A stretch of DNA of 64,000 nt from Yuukianura sp. NJ FZ-2021 (Eukaryota): contig CM102286.1 in assembly GCA_046563655.1 (NCBI GenBank), positions 15,128,001 to 15,192,000 of the forward strand. The letters run 5' to 3'. The notes below the pieces were generated by a model, which searched no databases, was not told the DNA's origin, and saw only the letters and a program-made list of their open reading frames with translations. Positions 12,352-25,572 of the stretch are shown here, piece after piece. Every line of letters begins with the position of its first letter. Position 1 is the stretch's first letter. The position numbers and the translations under genes were made by a program.

Positions 12352-13307
12352 ATGGAGTACATTCCACTGTTGTTGGTTGCACTTTTGGGTGGTTGTGAAG
12401 CCTGGACATGCTCAAGGCCACAACAGACGAAACTAACTGCCCAGTATGGCCCGATTGGCACAGTATGTGAAATGTTGGGCATGCGCACTTATGTCACTGG
12501 ATCTCCCCTAGCAACCAAAGTTTTAATTGGTATCCATGACATCTATGGACTGGATTCGTCCAACAACAACACAAAACAAATAGCAGATGAACTGGCCAAT
12601 GGGACAGGCTTCAAGGTCATTCTGCCCGACTTTTTAGACGGAGATCCCTGGACAACTGATTCCCCTCCACATCCCTTAATGTAACCAAAATTTACTTCCA
12701 AATTCAAAATTTAGCACAAAGGGGGTGAAATATTTGAAAATTTTATGAATTCCAGAAATCCAGAGTACCAGCAGTGGATGGAGAGGCATTCCTGGGAAAA
12801 TTCCGTCCGAGACAAAGTCCAGAAGCTCCTTGAGTATTTGAAAGGTCAAGGACTTGACCTTGGAATGTTCGGTTTCAGTTTTGGAGGACACAAAGCAGGT
12901 CAAGCGTCGATTGACTTTGGACAGGATTTAAAAGTGGTCGGGAGGTTCGTTCCAGCGCCGATCTTCATGCAAGAGGCTCCCTCCATCCGAGTTCCCACGA
13001 TCATCTTACGAGCAGCATTCAACGAACTGGACTATGTAATCCACAATTTACATTTTTACATCAAAGCTTAAATTAGAATTGAATTTAAGTGTTGACCTTT
13101 GACCTGTGACAGGACGAGTACTGCAGGGAGGTAGAACAGAACCTGGGGAAGGGTACTTGCGAGTACAAAATACTGGATGTGTCAACTCCAGGATATGCTG
13201 GATCTGAAGGGAACTGGACCGATGGAAGCCTGGAGAAAGTTGCTGCGGAAACTGCAGTGGACTACTTCAAGGACTTCCTCTGTCGCCATTTTCCTCCTCA
13301 ATTTTGA
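12352..13307 (+). CDS. Secreted dienelactone hydrolase/CMBL-family alpha/beta-hydrolase-like protein, paralogue 2
   Basis: Exons 12352-12680, 12756-13035, 13113-13307, with the same intron positions as paralogue 1. Motifs GIHDIYG, ILPDFL, GFSFGG. Confidence 0.8.
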
Positions 13308-13495
13308 AAATTCTCGAAAAAATTTTGAAATTTTGAAAACTAACTTATTTTCAGATATAAATTACAATTAACTTGGCTAAAAAGCCAAGTATTTAAATGG
13401 GAATTAAAAAATATGGATTCCGTTTTATTTGAAGTTTGGATGTTTTGAAATAGCCAGAACAAAGGGAGACAGATGAGTTGAGGAAGACGTTCGTG

Positions 13496-14706
13496 TCACA
13501 GTTCAATTTTCTTGGCATTTACGTTAGCGAGGTTGCGCACGCGTTCTTTAGTGGAAACGATGTCCATGTCCACTCCGTCTGCCAAGTCCTCATACCTCTT
13601 TTTCATTCTGTTCAACTAAACAATTGAGGTTTTATAAAAAAAACTAGGAAAAAGTGTTTGAATTGTGTGGATTTACGTGGTCTGTGATGTCGTCCATCTT
13701 TCGATTGATGTCCTTCATCTTCTGTGTCCAGAGGAACCCAATCTGTGGGAATGTCGTGTCTCCATGTTCCACCGTTATTCCATGAATTGCCATTGCTAAC
13801 CGAGCTTCATCCGGAGTACTGATTTTCACTTTCCCTTGTAACATATCTAGAACGTCTACCTGCAAATCAACAGCAATTTTTAACAAAGTAGAGTTATATA
13901 CATGTTAACTTTGAGTTTTAAGAATAGTTAAATAGTTTTGTAATTACTCCTTGGATTAATTCCTCAAATTCAGCATAGTATTTTCTGAGATCGGAAATCA
14001 ATTGGAGAAAAGCATGGGGTGTGGTAGTGACTAAAGGTTCTTGCTCGTCTTGTGGCGTCATGTATATTTTGTAGTCCTGCAGCACCACTTCCGTGTCACC
14101 GAAGATACTGATGAAGTCTGTATGCAGTGCCTGGTGCCGGTTGATAATCACACTAATATTTCTATTCATTCCAGCCACTATCAGTCGATACTAAAAACAA
14201 CACAAAGTACATTCATCGTTATGCTCCTTCCAATTATCTACATTTTCGTTAATCATATTAAAAGCTTACTCGATTTTCACAAAAATGGAGTTCTGTCTGC
14301 AGTTCGTCCAGTGTGACTAGTGATGGGGTCATGAAAGACTGTGGTCCACCGGGGATTCTCTCCATCCCTTCATACACTCTCGTCTGAGCAGAGATGTGAC
14401 CTAAGGTGTCCACAAGAGGTCGAACTTGTTCAACCAGGTCAGCAAAGGGGTCAACTGCTAACATTGCACTGGTCTATAAGCATAAACAAAGGATATTAAC
14501 AAACTACAGTAAAAATTGAATTGAACCCAGTTAATTAAGTTAAACTTTACCTTCAAGTCGAGTGCGATTAATCGTTCCAGGTATTTTTCCATTTGGAGTA
14601 GAATGATGCTAACTTTCTGTCTTGGTGGGTTAAAATGTTCATAAGCAAGAAGGTAAATTCCAATAGAAATTACCCCTAGAAACATCAACTTAATTACTCC
14701 ACTCAT
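13496..14706 (-). CDS. Uncharacterised protein with N-terminal signal/anchor and helical (coiled-coil-like) body
   Basis: ATG 14706 (MSGVIKLMFLGVISIGIYLLAY). ORF segments 14258-14464, 13918-14178, 13644-13886 are bounded by splice signals. The last exon ends ...VRNLANVNAKKIEL* at 13496. Confidence 0.6.
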
Positions 14707-14955
14707 CTTGCTTCTTGTGACCTTGACCTTTGACATTCCATTGAACTTCAACTGTCAATTTCAGTAAATCCAAACCACTTTAATAAACAACAATACCTTA
14801 TACTCAACAAAAACATTCCCCCAGCTGATCTCTGAAGTCTCACTAAACCTCGGATTGGCGGATAAATCAGATAGTTCATTTTATTTAAATTAAAAATCTC
14901 TTATTTACATTACCTGAATAACAAATAATCGACAATAATTGTTCGTTTTCGTTTA

Positions 14956-17900
14956 TCATCGTCTAAATCCAAGACGTCCAGCCAATCTCCCACGTCCTCT
15001 AAAACCTCCTCCTGCCCTTGGATTGATCGTCGGTGGAACGTTGACGAGGAGAGACCCGCCTGGAGCATGCCCAATTCTTCTCGAAACTGGAATTCTACCA
15101 CCCATGTCCACTGGGGGGAATCGTCTGTCATCAAATCGAATCGGGTGGGCCAGTAATGGTTCCGGTTGTGGAGGCATTGACTGGCGACGATGTTCTCCAT
15201 GCATCATTCCGTTGAAAGAAGGTGGGTGCCAATTCTTGGAGTCGCGACGCATCCTTCCAGCATTCCTTCCGTCGTCACCCATGACAACATCTCGATATTC
15301 TTTAGGTGGAACATTGTTTTGGTTGTCATAGTATCCTTCCTCTGCTAGCCAATCACGATACTCGTACCACCATGCCTCCCACTTTGAATACTCTTCCAGA
15401 GTCAGCGGCCTCTCATCAAAGTATCCTCGACTTCTGAAATATTTAGAACAGAAATAGTCAAATCATATCAAATCAATTGAATTGATCAATTGATGATTAC
15501 TTGTAGTAGCTGAAGCGAACTCGAACATCGGACCAATCATCAGGCCTGTCCCGATCCATTGGTTCATCTCTGCTCATGCGTTCAAAGTGACGTCGCCGAT
15601 CGTCTGATGAGTACTTCATGTCGCCCTCTTTAAAATTAAAATCGGGACTCTTCGGCCTTGACCTGAACATATTTTCAAAAATTTCGAAAAATTCAAAATT
15701 TTCTAAAATTTCTGAACCATTTTGCAGAAATACCTGGCTGACACTGGTCGCGAAACTTGGTTGACGTAGACTTTCGTGTCAGCATTCCTCAGATCCTTGA
15801 CGACCTTCAATTTCGTGTCAATTTCAGTAATGGAGATCTCTGGTTTCGCAAATTCTCGTTTGTCTCGACTCATCTGCGTCAATTTAGCAAATCTCTCTGA
15901 AAGAGTCATTCGGGGCTCTTCGTCTGATTCCGAAGATGATTCACTCTCACTCTCACTTGCCGAGCCTAATAAAAAAAATTACAACAAAATGAAATGTAAA
16001 TATTAAATTAAGTAAATATGTAAACTAATAAACAAAAATATACCCTTTGTCTTGGCAGTAGTTGCCGGTGGAGTAGATTTTTTGGATGTTGGCGGAGTAG
16101 TTTTGGATTTGTTTGCAGATGAGTCCACTTTTGAAGTTGTTTTTCCGTTATTAGCCGCTCCAGAACTTCTACCTCCACTTTGTGCTGTACTTTTGTCCTT
16201 ATCCAAAGTTTTGTTGGACTTTTCCGGAACATTTTTTAAGCTGCCGTCGTTCGGAGAAGTTCGGGTGTCATCGGAGAAACTGGAGCTAATGGGACTACGA
16301 CTTCCTGTTTTCCTCACAGATTCATCAGAATCTTCATCAGAAGAAGAAGAATGGCCAGAATTGGACAACGACTGCTGCCTATCTCTCGCGTGAATCTCAA
16401 GCACATCTTCATCTGAACTGGAATCTGAAGAGGAACTCCTGTGCTTCGCTGATACTGGTTGCTTACGCTGTTGATCCTTAAAACACGATTCAAAATCAAA
16501 TTAACAGTTGAAATAAGGTTAAAATGTTAGTTTCACTCACCTTCACTTCTGTCTTCTTCTTTAGCTGCGGTGAAGGTGTCCTGCTGGAAAAGTCAGAAGA
16601 AGAGGAGTTTCTTCTCTCGCTTTTCTTCGATAGTCTTTGTGTTACTCCCTTGCCTGAGTTGGGCCTGGAAGATTTGAGTGCCGGAGGAACCTTGGCAGTA
16701 CTCTGTTTTTGCTTCGGAGCTCCTCGTTCTGTAGCTAAAAGTCCGCTTTTCCCTGTATTCAATGATTTCTCAACGTTGTGTTTCTTGTTTCCAATTTCAG
16801 AAGCAATGTGTAACCGGTGACTGCTTTTTTGATCTTCCTTGTGTTTTGAATAACCTGAACTCTTCGTGTCAGGATGTTTCGATGTCCATTTGTCAGAACT
16901 GGGCTTCCCTTTTGGTGAACTTGGACGTTGCGGGGCCACGATGCTTCTAAACATAAACCATATGATCCATTGTCCGAGTTATTCAAAAGTAATTCAAAAG
17001 TAATAGTAATTCAAAGTAATTGAAAAGTAATCCAAAGTAATTCAAAAGTAATTCAAAAGTGCTTCTTACTTGAGTCCTAAACTGCGAGGAGGTGTTGTGG
17101 ATCTGGATCGTCTGACAGGTAGAAGCTTCCTTGGACTTTTACTTCTCAAGCGAATTCTAGGAGGGTCCAACTTCTTCGGTGGATGTTGAGGTGAGCGTGA
17201 CCTTGACCTCCAATTGTCCGGATGAGACTTGTGCTGATTGCCGCGTCGCTCGTTGGGAGCTGGATAAAGTTCTTTGAATCCACTGTGACCCCATCTAAAA
17301 ACAAACATATCCACAATTTCTGAATCCAAAGTACTAAATTTTAAACTTTTTAGTCATTTCAAACTTACTTTTCATCAGTTTTCTGAGATTTTTGTTCTCT
17401 AGCTCTCTTGACAGCACGATCCAAGTCCACAAAAATGGAAGAAGAGCTCACATTTCGCTTAACTCCGGCACTCATGTGTCGATCTACAGAATGAATAAGA
17501 TTAAGAAGACAGGTATCCAAAAAATATCCAATCTTTGGATATCTTATCTTAGATAATCTGAAAAACATACCACCATGGTCGATATGCTTGTGTTCATGGT
17601 CTCTCCGATCGTTTGACCTTGACCTTCTAAGTGGTTCGTCCATCCGAAGACGACGAGACGACGATTGTTGACCTTGACCTTGAACAACATGTGATTTTAT
17701 TAGAGGACTTCGTCTCTCCCGCTCTCGGCTGTGTCTGATTAGCTGTTGCTGTCCTTGTTCTCGGTTGTAGGTGTCGTAAAATCCACGTTCACGTTCTGCC
17801 TCCTTTTTGTTTCGTTCGTGATGAAGACGAAGTAGTGGACTGCGACTCCTCGGACCGAGGTCACGTACGATCCTCTTGCGTTCGTCTCCGACATCGGATC

Positions 17901-17982
17901 CTCTCCGATGATCTTGATGTTGAGAGCGAAGTTCATCTCGTCTTGGCCCCAGTCTCCTGTGAGTGTCCTCCCGTCGATGCAT
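14956..17982 (-). CDS. Arg/Ser-rich low-complexity nuclear protein, NKAPD1 (C11orf57)-like
   Basis: Spliced junction gives DEKWGHSGFKELYP, matching the NKAPD1-type WGHSGYKELYP motif as I recall it. RS/RD-rich N-terminus, Ser/Lys-rich middle, MTLSERF motif, RGG-like C-terminus. Confidence 0.6.
16980..17062. repeat. Short intronic tandem repeat (ATTCAAAAGTA-like, 10-11 bp unit)
   Basis: About 7 imperfect copies, directly visible. Confidence 0.8.
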
Positions 17983-20900
17983 GGCTATCGGTGTGACTAA
18001 TTGTCAACTCAATTAAAAGTGAGACTCAATATTCCCTAGGATCATAAAACAAAGAAATCAATTTAGATTTGACCACGGACTCAGAGGCTGCAAAATTGTA
18101 AAGATTAGTAAGGGGTGGATCTAATTGTAGAATTTCTGAATGTCAAAGTTCAGTCTTTCACAGTTAACACAGAGATCACAGATTGAAGCTCAGAGGGTAC
18201 AAATTAATCACTTTTTAGTGTCCAGTTTCGGATATCACAGAATGAATCCTATGAATTATCACAGAAAAGTTCAAATTGTTCGATTAACGCTGGAGAATAG
18301 ATGGTTAATAAAATGGTGAGTCGGTGAGTGACTGACACTTTTCCATTTAGCCATTTCATCCAGACTACTCTTCAATTATTCAAGAATTCTACTGCTAATC
18401 ATGCATCGCATGACAGTGGTTGTTACACGCAGAATCAGTAAGTCCAGAATTCCAAAAGAAGTGAAAGCACTTGTTGGACGAGTTAATTCTTCGTAAGCGA
18501 CAGCAGCAACCGATGAGTTGAGATTGGAAATGGCTATTGCCACCATTCGATTCGTCATCCATATTTGCATACTTCCAGTCCCTGCTCCATGTTGTAGTTG
18601 AATTGAATTGAAAATTGAAGGTCGTCTTTGGAAAATTGAAGATTCCACGTCGACTATATTAGAAAATCACTGTCACAAATTAAGTTCTGCATCCTCAGAG
18701 TTCTATTTAACAAATCATGGGTAAAGTGGAGTAATAAGGAAAGAATGTCCCACTTCCCACAATACAACCTGACATGAACTTGCTTTGACCAACCGATTGT
18801 GTGGATGTGAACGTAGATCATGTTATAAATCGGTTCAACCGACTACCCTTGTCGTTCCCTCTGCCAAGATGAAATGGTGTGCTTGGCAATGCGAGAATGT
18901 AAGATTCCTGGTGAATTGTAGCCTCAAAGGATACAAGAAACATGGCCAAATCAATTTGGTATTTCATGAGACCGTGAGTCCTTACTTATCCTTGATTCCT
19001 GCAACTCCCTGGGTCAACTTCACGTCAGGCGGGTATGGGTCAGCGACAACAGCCTGGTTAAGATACTGGCAGCAGCTTCATAAGCATGTACCAGCACAAG
19101 TGTCCAACAACTCTTAGCAGCACTGAGCAAATTCCTTACATCGGTAATCCCTGCTTGTACTGTACTAATTACTAATTAGCTTCGTAAAAGTTTTAATTTG
19201 TTGACTAACTTTGATAAATCTGTCAAATTGTTGACAAAAAGTAGCAAAATCAAAACAAGGAAAATGTCTCCCAACGGGTTGCACAAAAACTCCGCTCATG
19301 CATCCCTTGTCACCCGATCTAACGTAGCTAGGCACATAATTTCCTGGAGATTTTTAGCTCAATTAAATGAGCTTCGCGAGTTTGGAGTAGAAGTTCTGTG
19401 CTAATTGAAATTCCTATTAATTAGCAAACTAATTACAAAATTGATGAAATCTTTAATTATTGTCGAAACTGTAAATAAACTTTTCAATTTTGATTTGTTT
19501 TAATTTCAGTATAAATTTTTGGCGCTTGTTGTTTTGAAATTTTGAATAATTTTTAGTTCCCGCCAGTAACTGGCTAGGGTGTCTCAAAACACAAATCGGA
19601 GTGAGAGTGACGCCGTGCACAATCTGGCGCCAAATTCGTAATAGGCCTCTCTCTAACTTAGCATGCAAAACTACAAAAAGAAATGGAAATTGCACTACAG
19701 TTGGGAGAAATCTAAGGAGGGCTGAGATTATATTGCCATTCCAAAAGTCGCACATGGCAGTTCATTTTGTGTGAGAACCGCGAAGTTCCGGTTAGGAAGG
19801 CGGGATCTTGTTTTTTATCAATTTAACTTTAAGCTGAGCTCTCATTTAGGAACGCGTTACCGTTTTATCTGGGAAGTTACGGTAACGCTGAAAGTTTTGC
19901 AATTTCAAATTGCCATTTGTTTTTGTAGTTTTGCAAGCTACGTTAGAGAGACGTCACTATTTGAATTCCACATGATAACGTTCCAACGGTCAACACAAAC
20001 GCAAATGGAGAGAGGAGTTTAGACAAGAAACAACGTTTACCAGTCCGTTAATTGTTAATTGGTTTAATTCTCATTAACTTCCACCAAAAGTGTCCATTGA
20101 ACGAGGCTGTGTTGTGCTAAAATGTGAATTCCAGTGTTTATTCGTAGTTGAGAGGTAATTGATTACATAACAAAGTGCTCAATTAACAGTTGGGTTTTGG
20201 TATTTGAATGGATGTGTGGTGTGTGTATGAATGATTAATTTTTGTTGTCATTGAGCATAATGTCTTCTTGACTTGCATGTCGTTTAGGATCTGCACAGTA
20301 CGGAACCAGTTTACGACGGATTCGGGTTGAACGAGTACGAGTGTCATCGGCTGAGGAAAAAGACAGTGGACGATGTTCTCCGAGTCTGGTGAGTTGATAT
20401 CTATCTAGTATACTGCTGACTGCTGACACGATTCCGTTGCTTTTTCCAACTCGAAATTAAGAATTAATTGAAACTAATTTCCAAGAGTTTCTTTAATTAA
20501 TCGTGCGTGTTGCCTTAACAAATGTTCTTGTCTTTGCAGTTTACTGGCTGGACACTATTGGCGGTCTCACGCATCACGACGTTTCAATTCCAGGAAAGTT
20601 TGACCTCAACATCTGGACATCAAAAAGGTAAGACAAGAATCCTTATTTTTAGTCGCAGGCATCCGGAATCAGCTACCAACAATAGGATTTCGGCATCTCT
20701 TTTAAAATTGTCGGTTTGTCAGCTACCGGAATCGGTAATACCATTAATTATCGATAACCCTTCTAGATTTAGGGATACAATCCAAAACTCTCCTACACCA
20801 CATATGGACAAACCCTATTTAATGTAGCATCCAATTAACAGCTGATGGCAGTACAACAAATTTGCATAAACGGTTTAATCTTGCGATAATTTTAAAATAA

Positions 20901-21309
20901 TTTTCAATCGCATTCGACGATTTCCTGACTACGAACAGCTTAGTATTCTAAATTAAGTGTACTTTTGGAATGCCCATATCCGTTTTAGGTTGTTGTAAAA
21001 TATCTCAACACATACACAGGGCCCCAAAAAGAAATCGTTTTTTTATAACTGTCCATAGTCCATATGTGGTGTGAATAGTTTGCCCGTATGCGTTACCAAA
21101 TCCTCTAACTTTTATTTGGTATCTGGTAGGTAATGCTATTTATTTGAAAAAGTAGAAAATTGAGTTTTTTTATTCAAAGAAACGAAAAATTTCGCGCGCG
21201 CCTACGGCGCGGGAGGTTCTACAGCTCTTAAACCAAGTCCTCTTTAGGTTAGGTAGCATCTAAGTAACCTGAAACGGCTAAAAAGCTGCACTTTTAGATG
21301 TTTAGATTT

Positions 21310-21635
21310 TTATTATTCTCTGTTAAGGTGTATTTTCACATTCAGATACAAATTTTGTAAAAAGTTTATTATTCTTTGTTAAGGTGTCGGTTCACTTTCA
21401 GAGACAAATTTTTTAAAAAGTTTACTATTCTTTGTTAAGGTGTCAATTCACACTCAGAGACAAATTTTTTAAAGAGTTTATTATTCTCTGTTAAGGTGTA
21501 AATTCACATTCAGAGACAAATTTTTTAAAGAGTTTATTATTCTCTGTTAAGGTGTAAATTCACATTCAGGGACAAATTTTTTACAGAGTTTATTGTTCTC
21601 TGCTAAGGTGTAAATTCACATTCAGAGACAAACTT
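21310..21635. repeat. Diverged copies (~6) of the 56-bp minisatellite
   Basis: Unit ttattattctctgttaaggtgtaaattcacattcagagacaaattttttaaagagt. Confidence 0.9.
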
Positions 21636-21854
21636 TTCTTTAGAAAACTTTCTTTAAGCAAATTTTTGAACTTTTCAAACGTTGATTTTCTGAATCTTTA
21701 GTGGGCATTTAAAAAGTTCTTTTCAACACAACTTTTCTCTAGAGAAACTTTTTTTTAATTTTGAATTACTTTTCAAACGTTGTTTTTTGAATTTTTAGTG
21801 GGGGGGGGGGGGTTAAAAAGTTCTATCTTTTCAAATATTAGATCCCTCTTTCTC

Positions 21855-22905
21855 ACCTTCGAATCCTTCGCAATTGTCTATTTTTTTAACCATTAAATTC
21901 TTAGTTCTAAGCTTTGAGTCCTTCGAAACTTTGTCTTTTTAACCACTAAATTCTTAATTCTAAGCTTCGAATCCTTCGCCACTTTCTATCTTTTTAACCA
22001 TTAAATTTTTAGCTCTTAGCTTCGAATCCTTCGCCACTTTCTATCTCTTTAACCATTAAATTCTTAGTTCTTAGCTTTGAATCCTTCGCCACTTTCTATC
22101 TCTTTAACCATTAAATTCTTAGTTCTTAGCTTTGAATGCTTCGCCACTTTCTATCTCTCTAACCATTAAATTCTTAGTTCTAAGTTTCGAATCCTTCGCC
22201 ACTTTCTATCTCTCTAACCATTAAATTCTTAGTTCTAAGCTTCGAATCCTTCGCCACTTTCTATCTCTTTAACCATTAAATTCTTAGTTCTAAGCTTCGA
22301 ATCCTTCGCTACTTTCTATCTTTTTAACCATTAAATTCTTAATTCTAAGCTTCGAATCCTCCGCCACTCTATCTTTTTAACCATTAAATTCGTAGTCCTA
22401 AGCTTCGAATCCTTCGCCATTTTCTATCTTTTTAACCATTAAATTCTTAGTTCTAAGCTTCGAATCCTTCGCCACTTTCTATCTTTTTAACCATTAAATT
22501 CTTAATTCTAAGCTTCGAATCCTTCGCCACTTTCTATCTCTTTAACCATTAAATTCTTCGTTGTAAGCTTCGAATCCTTCGCCATTTTCTATCTTTTTAA
22601 CCATTAAATTCTTAGTTCTAAGCTTCGAATCCTTCGCCATTTTCTTTCTTTTTAACCATTAAATTCTTAGTTCTAAGCTTCGAATCCTTGGCCACTTTTT
22701 ATCTCTTTAACCATTAAATTCTTAGTTCTAAGCTTCGAATCCTTCGCCACTTTCTATCTTTTTAACCATAAATTCTTAGTTCTAAGCTTCGAGTCCTTCG
22801 CCACTTTCTATCTTTTTAACCATTAAATTCTAGTTCTACGCTTCAAAGCTTTTGCAATTTTCTATCTTTTTAACCATTCGATTTCTAGGTCTAAGCTTCG
22901 AGTTC
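21855..22905. repeat. 55-bp minisatellite, ~18-19 copies
   Basis: Unit aaccattaaattcttagttctaagcttcgaatccttcgccactttctatcttttt; period 55 (e.g. 22161 to 22216). Confidence 0.95.
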
Positions 22906-22907
22906 TT

Positions 22908-25200
22908 AAAGGTATAAATTTACATTGAGAGATAAATTTTTTAAACAATTTATTCTTTGTTAAGGTGTCAATTCACTTTCAGAGACAAATTGTTTAAATA
23001 ATTTATTATTCTCTGTTAAGGCATAAATTCGCATTCAGAGACAAATTGTTTAAATAATTTATTATTCTCTGTTAAGGCATAAATTCGCATTCAGAGACAA
23101 ATTGTTTAAATAATTTATTATTCTCTGTTAAGGCATAAATTCGCATTCAGAGACAAATTGTTTAAATAATTTATTATTCTCTGTTAAGGCATAAATTCGC
23201 ATTCAGAGACAAATTGTTTAAATAATTTATTATTCTCTGTTAAGGCATAAATTCGCATTCAGAGACAAATTGTTTAAATAATTTATTATTCTCTGTTAAG
23301 GCATAAATTCGCATTCAGAGACAAATTGTTTAAATAATTTATTATTCTCTGTTAAGGCATAAATTCGCATTCAGAGACAAATTGTTTAAATAATTTATTA
23401 TTCTCTGTTAAGGCATAAATTCGCATTCAGAGACAAATTGTTTAAATAATTTATTATTCTCTGTTAAGGCATAAATTCGCATTCAGAGACAAATTGTTTA
23501 AATAATTTATTATTCTCTGTTAAGGCATAAATTCGCATTCAGAGACAAATTGTTTAAATAATTTATTATTCTCTGTTAAGGCATAAATTCGCATTCAGAG
23601 ACAAATTGTTTAAATAATTTATTATTCTCTGTTAAGGCATAAATTCGCATTCAGAGACAAATTGTTTAAATAATTTATTATTCTCTGTTAAGGCATAAAT
23701 TCGCATTCAGAGACAAATTGTTTAAATAATTTATTATTCTCTGTTAAGGCATAAATTCGCATTCAGAGACAAATTGTTTAAATAATTTATTATTCTCTGT
23801 TAAGGCATAAATTCGCATTCAGAGACAAATTGTTTAAATAATTTATTATTCTCTGTTAAGGCATAAATTCGCATTCAGAGACAAATTGTTTAAATAATTT
23901 ATTATTCTCTGTTAAGGCATAAATTCGCATTCAGAGACAAATTGTTTAAATAATTTATTATTCTCTGTTAAGGCATAAATTCGCATTCAGAGACAAATTG
24001 TTTAAATAATTTATTATTCTCTGTTAAGGCATAAATTCGCATTCAGAGACAAATTGTTTAAATAATTTATTATTCTCTGTTAAGGCATAAATTCGCATTC
24101 AGAGACAAATTGTTTAAATAATTTATTATTCTCTGTTAAGGCATAAATTCGCATTCAGAGACAAATTGTTTAAATAATTTATTATTCTCTGTTAAGGCAT
24201 AAATTCGCATTCAGAGACAAATTGTTTAAATAATTTATTATTCTCTGTTAAGGCATAAGATCGCATTCAGAGACAAATTGTTTAAATAATTTATTATTCT
24301 CTGTTAAGGCATAAGATCGCATTCAGAGACAAATTGTTTAAATAATTTATTATTCTCTGTTAAGGCATAAATTCGCATTCAGAGACAAATTGTTTAAATA
24401 ATTTATTATTCTCTGTTAAGGCATAAGATCGCATTCAGAGACAAATTGTTTAAATAATTTATTATTCTCTGTTAAGGCATAAGGTCGCATTCAGAGACAA
24501 ATTGTTTAAATAATTTATTATTCTCTGTTAAGGCATAAGATCGCATTCAGAGACAAATTGTTTAAATAATTTATTATTCTCTGTTAAGGCATAAGATCGC
24601 ATTCAGAGACAAATTGTTTAAATAATTTATTATTCTCTGTTAAGGCATAAGGTCGCATTCAGAGACAAATTGTTTAAATAATTTATTATTCTCTGTTAAG
24701 GCATAAGGTCGCATTCAGAGACAAATTGTTTAAATAATTTATTATTCTCTGTTAAGGCATAAGATCGCATTCAGAGACAAATTGTTTAAATAATTTATTA
24801 TTCTCTGTTAAGGCATAAGATCGCATTCAGAGACAAATTGTTTAAATAATTTATTATTCTCTGTTAAGGCATAAGATCGCATTCAGAGACAAATTGTTTA
24901 AATAATTTATTATTCTCTGTTAAGGCATAAGATCGCATTCAGAGACAAATTGTTTAAATAATTTATTATTCTCTGTTAAGGCATAAGATCGCATTCAGAG
25001 ACAAATTGTTTAAATAATTTATTATTCTCTGTTAAGGCATAAGATCGCATTCAGAGACAAATTGTTTAAATAATTTATTATTCTCTGTTAAGGCATAAGA
25101 TCGCATTCAGAGACAAATTGTTTAAATAATTTATTATTCTCTGTTAAGGCATAAGATCGCATTCAGAGACAAATTTTCTAAAAAGTTGATTATTCTCTGC
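22908..25200. repeat. 56-bp minisatellite, ~40 near-identical copies
   Basis: Unit cagagacaaattgtttaaataatttattattctctgttaaggcataaattcgcatt; period 56 (22981 to 23037). Confidence 0.97.
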
Positions 25201-25572
25201 TAAAGTATAAAATAGGTAATATTTTTCTTCTAAAATCTACAAATTACTGAGGCCCCCTTCCTTTAAAGTATAAAATAGGTAATATTTTTCTAAAATCTAC
25301 AAATTACCTGAGGCCCCCTTCCTTTAAAGTATAAAATAATATTTCTGTTTTAAAATCTACAACTTACTGAGGCCCTCTTCCTTTAAAGTATAGAATAATG
25401 TTTTTCTTCTAAAATCTACAATTTTTACTAGATGAGGATCTGCTATTTCACGGGAATATCTAAAATTTCTTCTTGATGCAATCTAGCAAAGTCACAGGAA
25501 TGTCAAAATTTTTACTAGATGAGGATCTGCTAATTCACGGGAATATCTAAAATTTCTTGTTGATGCAATCTT
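25201..25572. repeat. Further tandem units: ~59-bp x ~4, then an ~87-bp duplication
   Basis: aaagtataaaata...tctacaaattactgaggcccccttccttt is repeated, then tttttactagatgaggatctgct...gatgcaatct occurs twice. Confidence 0.85.

Noticed and set aside
18376..20827. Several 60-110 aa ORFs as protein genes
   Set aside because: No recognisable motifs or consistent coding exon chain; more likely UTR or non-coding sequence.
21855..25200. Regular repeat arrays resembling a CRISPR array
   Set aside because: Units are contiguous with no unique spacers, there are no cas genes, and the context is eukaryotic. These are minisatellites.
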